A DNA stretch of 63,316 nt, counting the filler, from Octopus bimaculoides (lineage: Eukaryota): NCBI RefSeq assembly GCF_001194135.2. It is 6 parts of 6 records of this genome, joined end to end, with 100 filler letters (N's around TTAATTAATTAA, not from the genome) between each part and the next. Parts side by side here need not be neighbours in the genome. Positions count along the whole stretch, not along the records: positions 29,539 to 55,524 come from NC_068995.1; positions 55,625 to 60,647 come from NW_026341820.1; positions 60,748 to 63,316 come from NC_068987.1; 3 more parts are not named here. The stretch is one strand, 5' to 3'. The translations under genes were made by a program, and so were the position numbers. Under the pieces are notes generated by a model. It was not told the origin of the DNA. It saw nothing but the letters and a program-made list of their open reading frames with translations, and did not search any database. This document shows, in pieces, positions 54,325-63,316 of this stretch (its first letter is position 1; the number at the start of each line of letters is the position of its first letter).

Positions 54325-55110
54325 GAAGTAAACGTGAGTCCGTAGTTAGGTAATAAGAAACCACGCAATAATTCATTTTAAATTTAAACACAAAACGAAA
54401 ACAATAAGAGAGAAAGCAAAAAGAAATTTAGAAACAAAAAAAGAAAAAGCTAACCCATTCCATTCTTATTAATGTTCTCCTTACGATAAACTCTGCACAC
54501 AGCATGATTTAGACTGCTGACTTACGGCCAGTGAAAAGCGGTTGCACCATCTGGATATTTATAAGGTTCGTCGGGTTCTCGCTGTAAAAACATTAGCCAC
54601 GAAGCAGTCGCTATATTTAAGAATACAAGCCATCGTTCAGTGAGGAAAATTCCTTATATATCAAACACCAATCCATCACTAAATGATAGATTCCTACGTA
54701 GAGCTGTTGATTAAAAATTTTCCCTTTTAAACGGCAAATAAATACGCTTCTATTTCTCTTTCTTGCGATCTTCCTTCTTTTTTAAAGTTGTTTTGTTTAT
54801 ATTCATTTGTTTTTTTCCCCTCTCGTTGGGTTTTTGTTTTAAACATGTATATTTTCTTTTTCGTTCCTACTCTGTTCACACATTTGGACTTGGAATAGTT
54901 GTGAATATTTCTGAATAATTATCAACACACCTGCTCTAACGTGAAATAAACAGTTTTGAAATACTGGTGCTATTAAGGGAGAAGAAAAACAAATAAAGAA
55001 ATTAAAAAAAACGAAAGAGTAAGCAAACAATTGTATATAAATACATATAAATAGCTATGCATATTTATATATATACAAATGCATACACACACACATACAC
55101 ATACATACAT

Positions 55111-55172
<62 letters not shown>

Positions 55173-55196
55173 GGTTATATATAGAAACACACACAC

Positions 55197-55231
<35 letters not shown>

Positions 55232-55624
55232 TGTATGTGTGTATGTATGTATGTATGTATGCATGAACATATATACGCGCCCGGGATAATGACGAAAAAA
55301 GAAGCAGCAAAAGATGAACAAGTATCTATTTTAATGCGACCAGCAAAAATGAAAATGAAACTAATAAGAGGAAAAAATACTAATATATGTGTGTGTGTGT
55401 GTGTGTGCATTTACATATGCGTGTCCGTGAGTATATCTATGTACTCGTGTGTGTGTGTGTGTGTGTGTGTATTTGTGTGTGCATCCATGCACATATAAAT
55501 AAATACATGTGCATACTTATAGTTNNNNNNNNNNNNNNNNNNNNNNNNNNNNNNNNNNNNNNNNNNNNTTAATTAATTAANNNNNNNNNNNNNNNNNNNN
55601 NNNNNNNNNNNNNNNNNNNNNNNN

Positions 55625-55880
55625 ATTTGTGTATGTTGTATCCTATCTAGTTCATTGACTCCTAAATACTTATATGGTTGGCTTTCGTCTAGTTCTCTTA
55701 TTTCATTGGCTTTATCTAGTGTTATATTGCTACTTTTAACTAATTTTCCTCTTTTCAGGGTTGCTTTGGCACATTTTTCTAATCCGAATTTCATTTCTAT
55801 TTCCTTGGTAAAGCCGTGTACTGTCTGTAGTAGTGTTTCTAGCTCTTTGTCGTTTTTTGCATATAATTTTAGGTCATCCA

Positions 55881-55881
<1 letters not shown>
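55625..55881 (-). mobile_element. R4/Dong RT fragment, 5'-truncated at (TAA)n
   Basis: MDDLKLYAKN...MKFGLEKCA...YKYLGVNE. Confidence 0.88.
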
Positions 55882-55943
<62 letters not shown>

Positions 55944-55944
55944 C

Positions 55945-56271
55945 TTTGCACAGCTTCTAACGCTGGACATGTACTACGGTGTCAACTGTTCATTACTAGT
56001 GAACTAACGTAACGCCCCTTATTTTCGAGCACAATCCGAAGTATTCGAGCGTTTCCAAGCAGTGCTGTTTTCTGCAGTCCCTATTTGTTCCATGTACTTC
56101 TCAAGATTTTTACTCACTGTTTCCATGGCTCCGACAATTATTGGTACTACTACCACCTTTTTCATCGACCAGAACTGCTTAACCTCCCAAGCTAACCTGT
56201 CATATCTATCGACTTTTCTTTCTTCCTTATCGCTTACCTTGTTGTCAGCAGGGCATACTATATGTATGACA
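55945..56271 (-). mobile_element. R4/Dong 3' end (RLE region) between two (TAA)n tracts
   Basis: CPADNKVSDKEERKVDRYDRLAWEVKQFWSMKKVVVVPIIVGA; TAA arrays on both sides. Confidence 0.85.
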
Positions 56272-56273
56272 TA

Positions 56274-56332
<59 letters not shown>

Positions 56333-57019
56333 CACTGTCCTATCTCCTCTCTTTCTCTCTTCTCTTAATAATAATAANNNNNNNNNNNNNNNNNNNNNNN
56401 NNNNNNNNNNNNNNNNNNNNNNNNNNNNNNNNNNNNNNNNNNNNNNNNNNNNNNNNNNNNNNNNNNNNNNNNNNNNNNNNNNNNNNNNNNNNNNNNNNNN
56501 NNNNNNNNNNNNNNNNNNNNNNNNNNNNNNNNNNNNNNNNNNNNNNNNNNNNNNNNNNNNNNNNNNNNNNNNNNNNNNNNNNNNNNNNNNNNNNNNNNNN
56601 NNNNNNNNNNNNNNNNNNNNNNNNNNNNNNNNNNNNNNNNNNNNNNNNNNNNNNNNNNNNNNNNNNNNNNNNNNNNNNNNNNNNNNNNNNNNNNNNNNNN
56701 NNNNNNNNNNNNNNNNNNNNNNNNNNNNNNNNNNNNNNNNNNNNNNNNNNNNNNNNNNNNNNNNNNNNNNNNNNNNNNNNNNNNNNNNNNNNNNNNNNNN
56801 NNNNNNNNNNNNNNNNNNNNNNNNNNNNNNNNNNNNNNNNNNNNNNNNNNNNNNNNNNNNNNNNNNNNNNNNNNNNNNNNNNNNNNNNNNNNNNNNNNNN
56901 NNNNNNNNNNNNNNNNNNNNNNNNNNNNNNNNNNNNNNNNNNNNNNNNNNNNNNNNNNNNNNNNNNNNNNNNNNNNAAAAGCAGATATAGCTTATTGATG
57001 AATATGATCAGTCACGTGA

Positions 57020-57039
57020 TGATAGAGGGAGAGAGAAGG

Positions 57040-57071
<32 letters not shown>

Positions 57072-58069
57072 AAGAAAGTGAAAGAGAGAGACAGACAGAC
57101 AGACAGAAAGTAGACAGAAGAGAAAGAGAGAGGGAGAAAGAAAGGCGAATAGGGAAAAGAGAAAGAGCGAGTGTATGTATGAGAGAGAAAGAGGGGAGAG
57201 TGAGAAAGTGCGTAGAGAGAGAAAGAGAGACAGAAAGTAAACGAAAAAGAGAAAGAGAGAGAGAGGGGGAGAGAAAGAAAGTAGACAGAAGAAGAGAAAG
57301 AAAGTAGACAGAAGAAGAGAAAGGCGAATATAGGGGAGAGAGAAAGAGCGAGTGTATGTATGAGAGAGAAAGACGGGAGAGTGAGAAAGTGCGTAGAAAG
57401 AGAAAGAGTATGTGTGTGAGAGATAATGAGAGAGAGACAGACAGAAACAGAGAGAGAAAGGAGAGAGCGAAAGAGAGAGAGAGGGTATGTATGAGGGAGA
57501 AAGAGAGGAGAGTGGGAAAATGTGTGTAGAGAAAAAGAGTACGTGTTTGACAGAGAATGAGAGAGGGAGAGAGAAGTCAGAGAGAGAGAGTGTGTTAGAG
57601 AAAGTAAACAGAGAGAGAAAAAGAAAGAGAAAGGTGAGAGGATGGGGTAGAGAGAGAGTGAATGTGTGTATGTGTGAAAGAGGGGAGTGTGACAAGGAGT
57701 GAGAGAGAGAGAAAGAGTATGTGTGAGAGGGAAAAGAGAGAAAGAGAGAGAGTAAAGAAGAGAAAGAGAAAGAGAGAGAGTAAGGTCGAGTGTAGAGAGA
57801 GAAAGTGTATGTTTGTGACAGAATGAAAGAGAGAGACTAAACAGAGAGAGAGAGAGTAGACAGAATGGGGGAGAGTAGACAGAGAGAGAGAGAAAAAAAC
57901 AGAAAGATGGGGGAGGCGGAGAGGGTGTGTGAACGTATGTATGAAAGAGAGAAGTATGATAAAGGGTGAGAGTGAGAGTGAGAAAAAGTATGTGCGTGAG
58001 AGGGAGAGAAAGAAAGAGTGTGTGTGTGTGTGTGCCAGGGAGAGGAGAGTGAGAAAGAGAGAGAGGAAG

Positions 58070-58104
<35 letters not shown>

Positions 58105-58461
58105 GGAGTAGAAGAGAATGAGTGTGTATGCATGAGAGAGAGAGAGAGATAGAAAGAGCCAAAGAGAGAGTGAGATGGAACAAAGAGAGAGAGAGTGAAT
58201 GTTTGAGAGAGACAGAGAGTGCTTAAGTGTGCAAGAGAAAGTGTACGTGTGTGGATGAGATAGAAGTAGAGAGTCTGAGGGGTGGAAAGGAAAGAGAGAG
58301 AGTGTGCATGTGTGAGAGTGAGAGAAGATTGAGAGAGAGAGGGGGGGAGGACGAACGTTTGTATTATGTATTTAGAGAAAGATAGAAAGAGATAGAGAGA
58401 TAGATTGTGAAGTGAGAAAGAGAAAAGAGAGATTTAGAAAAGAAAGGAAGGAAGGAAGGAA

Positions 58462-58515
<54 letters not shown>

Positions 58516-58584
58516 AAGAAAGAAAGATAGAAAGAGATAGAGAGATAGATTGTGAAGTGAGAAAGAGAAAAGAGAGATTTAGGA

Positions 58585-58632
<48 letters not shown>

Positions 58633-58654
58633 ACGAGAGAAAGGAAGAAAGAAA

Positions 58655-58691
<37 letters not shown>

Positions 58692-58786
58692 GAAACAAAG
58701 AGAGAAAGAAGGAAAGAAAGAAAGGAATAAAGAGAGAAAGAGATAGAGAGATAGATTGAGAAGTGAGAAAGAGAAAAGAAAGATTT

Positions 58787-58834
<48 letters not shown>

Positions 58835-58850
58835 AAAAAAGAAAGAAATA

Positions 58851-58882
<32 letters not shown>

Positions 58883-59040
58883 CAGAAAGAAAAGGAAGGA
58901 AGGAGGGAAAGGAAGGTAAGAAGGAAGGACGGAAGAGAGAAAGGAAGAAAGGAAACAAAGAGAGAAAGAAGGAAGGAAAGAAAGGAATAAAGAAAGAGAG
59001 AAAGAAAGAAAGAAAGAAAGAAAGGAAGAAAAGAAGGAAT
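57020..59040. repeat. Purine-rich GA/GAAA degenerate satellite block
   Basis: About 2 kb with a nearly pure A/G strand; the unit gatagagagatagattg(t/a)gaagtgagaaagagaaaag recurs near 58391, 58536 and 58742. Confidence 0.9.
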
Positions 59041-59724
59041 GACGAAGAAAGAATAAAGCGGTGAGTGAAATTATGAACGTAGTAGGAGCGAAGTTCATTG
59101 AAATCTGTTGAAAGGACGAAGAATACAACATTACGCCTTCGTACCACTGTCACCGTTGTTTAATCTGTGGTCAGCTTAACCGAGTTTTTTTGTTTTCCAC
59201 AAACCTTGTGAACATCGATCGCTCACACTTTCGGCCGATCTGTCCGGGTCACGGCAGCCCTTTACTCGCATTGTCCCATGGCGTTACTTGTTCCCGATGT
59301 CTCACTTACACTGCATCACACCCATCCATTTCTATAAGAATTGCTGGTCTATTCTACGCACCGCCGCCGCCTCTCCGTCAAGCTTAGCGTATTCTGAATC
59401 AAAGAGACACATAGTTATAATGCATTCCATCCGTGACCAACACCTCATTTTCTTTATTTTTTTAAATATTATTTAGGACAATTTTTTGCTATTCAACAAC
59501 AGTTCTTCTAGTCTTCCATTGTTATCAATATATATCCTGTTTCCCCCCTTTGTTTAATAACATCGTTTGATGATGATTTGAGACACATTTAGCTGTTCCG
59601 TCTAGCTGACATTCCAGCCTAAATAGAGGAGACCCTCTCATTGACTCACACTTAGTTCTTATTGATTATTTTTCCCTATAGCAAGGAAACATATATTGTT
59701 CACCTAAGCCTTTGTACCCCTCCG

Positions 59725-60120
59725 GCTCATGGGCTGTCGACGACTTTCCTTCACTGTTCTGAGCTCTAGGCTGTTACCTCTCCTCTTTAGTCGGATCCCA
59801 GCTTTTCAGTATCCCACCCCTCGCTATCTTTATCGTGTCATTTCTTACCCCTCTTTCGTGGATTCCAGGTCAGGGCCTGGTGTCTAATGCAGGATGTTGA
59901 TTTCCGGTCAAAGTTTCCTGCATTGCGTCATATGTTTCCTTGAGAAAATGTCTTCCTCTCAGAGATCTTGCTTTTGAATACACAACAATTTTTCAGTTAC
60001 TTTGCATTTTTACAGGGAGAGGTATTGGCCCTACTCAAACCGAGTAAACCGGTGGCCCATATTAGTCTGACCCCTATTCTTTGACCTGTCCAGCATAGGG
60101 GTAGGGAACTACTAGGAGCC
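59725..60120 (-). mobile_element. Old RTE-type LINE remnant
   Basis: Minus-strand HQALTWNPRKRG... C-terminal motif with stops. Confidence 0.5.
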
Positions 60121-61105
60121 TGTATCATTGGGGCACACAAGCTTTGTCCTCTCTTTGTCCTCTCGGCCGTTCACTAATGGTCCCGTCTTGGATCACATTT
60201 ATTCATGTTCGAACGTCTACTTTTGGGTTGCATGTCTATCCATTTATTGCTTGTCCATTCGCGTTATCTTTTGGTCCCATTTCCCAGCATTTTTTGTTGC
60301 TGACGCCACCGGAAGGGAATGAATATTATCGTTAAAACCATGAAATTGCGTTTGACGCTCTGGCCGATGACTGGTAAGGAGTTAGTGACCGTCTTTGTCT
60401 GTTTTCCGTTTGCTTGTGCCTTTAATATATGTTTTTTTTTACATTATTAAGTAATGGAACGCTACATTTGTGAAACCTGCAAGTGTTTTTCATTCTCTCC
60501 CTGTTTATTTTCTCTTATTCATTTCTGTTGAAGAGCGTAGGCTCAAAATGTAAAAGACTTTTTTTCATTTTCACGGGTGTGAAACTAATACACTCCCTTG
60601 TTATTCACACACCTGTCGTTGTCTTTTGTTTTTCTATAAATTTCAACNNNNNNNNNNNNNNNNNNNNNNNNNNNNNNNNNNNNNNNNNNNNTTAATTAAT
60701 TAANNNNNNNNNNNNNNNNNNNNNNNNNNNNNNNNNNNNNNNNNNNNAAGAAAAAGGAGAAGGAGAATTTCGAATAGCCTCAGGTGGTGGGTTGTAATGA
60801 ATATAAAATAATAATAATGATAATGGTTATGATAATAATAATAAATGAAGTAAAATGCACACATTTCATATAGTTTTAATGTATTTTTAATATATTTTCT
60901 AAGTGAAAGAGTATTGTGTTTGTCGACCGATTTCGTTTTCATGACATTGGAATTATTGTAATTTCGTACAATGTGAGTGGATATTTTGTGAATGAATGAA
61001 AAAACAATTTGAAATATTTAAGCAGGGGTAATTGGTAATTGTTATTTTTGGAAACAGGAGAGATTATTGCTCGTCTTTCCAGGCATATATATATTCAGAG
61101 AAAGA

Positions 61106-61149
<44 letters not shown>

Positions 61150-61225
61150 GAGAGAGACAGAGAGACAGAGAGAGACAGAGAGGGAGAGACAGAGGGAGAG
61201 AAAGAGGGAGAGAGAGAGACAGAGC

Positions 61226-61257
<32 letters not shown>

Positions 61258-61751
61258 TAATGAGTTTGATAATAGGTAAAAGATATTACTTCTGCATTCA
61301 CCTTCGGCGAATAAAGCTTTGACCAGGAGGAATTACTGTCGGCAAAATATCCAATGAATTGGATGTCTTATATTATGCAAAACTCTGCTGTTGGTTTGAT
61401 CAGCAATTCTGGCCAAATCATTGCTCATCACCTCCCCTTCACTTATTGTTAACTCCTCTTTCTTGCTCCATATCCAGCAAGGAGCTATTTCTGTTACCAT
61501 TCTCTTCCTGAGTAAAACTGCTTTTCTCTCCGCATTTCCAGTAGCTCTACGCATCCTTCATATTTAGTAGACCGGAAGTCATTTACATCCTGCTGGGAAT
61601 AAGCAAACATGCTCGTATTTCTCCCAGATGCTTCAGTGTAAATATTAAAAAACTAGTAAGTGAAATGAGGTATGTTTTGCTTTCATTTCGTAAGTACGGA
61701 GTCGATAGCTAAAAGGAAACGTTAATAATGATAAATATAGTATAAATATTG

Positions 61752-61950
61752 GTTTCGAATTTTATCACAAGGTCATCAATGTCGGGAAAAGGAGTAACAA
61801 CTCCAGAGTTCAGTTGATACCTATTTTATCGACCCCGAAATGATGAAAGGCAAAGTCGACGCCGGCGGCATTTGAACTCAGTCTGTAAAAACGGAAGAGA
61901 CACCGCTAAGCATTTAGCCCGGTGCGGTAACAATTCTGCCAGCTCCATGC
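61752..61950 (-). mobile_element. Near full-length family B SINE
   Basis: Reverse complement of the head (ctggcagaattgttaccgcaccgggctaaatgcttagcgg) and core (gtcgactttgcctttcatcatttcggggtcgataaaatag). Confidence 0.8.
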
Positions 61951-63263
61951 CTTATGCAATATCAATATTGATTTCAAAGTTTGGCACAAGACCAGCAAGT
62001 TCGCGCTCAACAGGTGCTTATTTTATTAACCTTCAACGGATGACATGGGATGTCGAACTCAGAGCACGAAGACAGCGAGTTAAGAATTCTGCCATCTTGC
62101 CAATTAATAAAATATTGATATTTACTACGTTTTTTTTTATTCCTCTTCTATATGCATACAGAGATGGGTAGATAGAAATATATGGGAAGAAAGAGAGAGA
62201 CAGAAAGAGATACATTTATATCATACAAAAGACAATGGTGAGCGAATAAAAGAAAATTTCACTGCTAATTTATAAGGTCTAGCAGTATTTAAAGTATGTT
62301 AAATTCATTAATAAAAGCCCTAAACCGAATCTACTTCTGCTTGTATACAGTCGCTTCTACTGTTTTTAATACTACGTCTGCTTCGTCTTTCGTACTATTT
62401 GGTTTCAAGTTTCCATTCCACTCATACTTCACTAACTATATTAAAATTATCATATGTTCTCCTTAAAGCTCAATAAATATCTGAAAACATGTTCAATATA
62501 AATGTTTCAGAAGGAAGCATTTGACCAGAAGTTCAGTTGTAGCTGCTCCTCTAAAGTACATGAGACACGTAATAACATCAATCCAGGAGGAGATATAAGA
62601 CACGCTTTATACACCTACACACGAATGAAAATTACTTCTATCAGTTCAGTGGAATGCAATCAAGCTTGTATTTTTCTATTTCTTTCAATAACATTCTCTC
62701 TCACACACGCAGAGTAGCTTCTTAAGGATATACACATATATGTGTGCGTGTGTGTATGTGCGCGCGTGCGTGTCTGGGTCTGTGTGTTTGCGTGTATGTG
62801 TGTATTTATATCAATACTACTATACATACATGCATACACACGTGCATACACATGCTCTTTTGTGAAGTGTTATTCTAAATAGTCATTAGTGAGTAAGTTA
62901 CATAGAATTATGGATAGTCGAATTCTTTTCGAAGAGACTCCATGAAATGTTCGGTAAGAAGTGGCATTAATTTGGAATAGTCACATGACAAAAAACTCTC
63001 TTGTTAATCATTCGTTGTATTCAAACGGAAAGAAATGAGAGTACGGTTCCGGCCGGAAATGGGGATGAGTTGTTCTAAACCGCTTCAAATAAATTTAACG
63101 ATAGAATTACTATATTAAATATTATAAAGCGATAACATACATATATACAAGGGGAAAAACGTCTCTCACCCTCTCTGTGTCACTGTCTAAGTCTATTTTC
63201 TCTGCATATACATGTATGTGTGTGTATGTATATACATACACACACATACACACACACACACAT

Positions 63264-63316
<53 letters not shown>

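Noticed and set aside
61333-61554. 73-aa minus-strand ORF
   Set aside because: No recognisable domain or splice frame; the plus strand looks like a faint LINE remnant.

Overview
Eukaryotic, repeat-dense genomic DNA with many N gaps, most likely octopus/cephalopod (inferred from the SINE families, the extreme TA/CA/TACA/TAA/GA microsatellite load and the LINE spectrum; not confirmed). Nearly all long ORFs in the track are microsatellite or N-gap artefacts. Host coding sequence is limited to short minus-strand exons. Two phase-compatible exons (6768-6796, 3495-3578) belong to a TTC31-like gene. Four exons (25708-25849, 25451-25496, 23588-23683, 22746-22761) encode the C-terminal part of a small single-TM Sel1-like-repeat protein, with one exon probably lost in a gap. 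The most structured feature is a three-element nest at 7607-11530. A decayed DD37D (maT) mariner carries a canonical TC...CTAA Helitron (with a telomere-like array) in its third-last codon, and a 726-bp TIR element with an AT target duplication and a SAP+SWIM-like ORF relic (ISL2EU-like) in its third codon. Also present: CR1, RTE, Penelope, R4/Dong (stacked in (TAA)n tracts), a second Helitron with a RepHel fragment, hAT MITEs (one with two RFX X-boxes) and many tRNA-type SINEs. CpG looks depleted left of about 19 kb and common to the right. No CRISPR array, rRNA or true tRNA gene is supported. I found no convincing new multi-gene system; the best leads are the nested elements and the poorly characterised Sel1-repeat gene.
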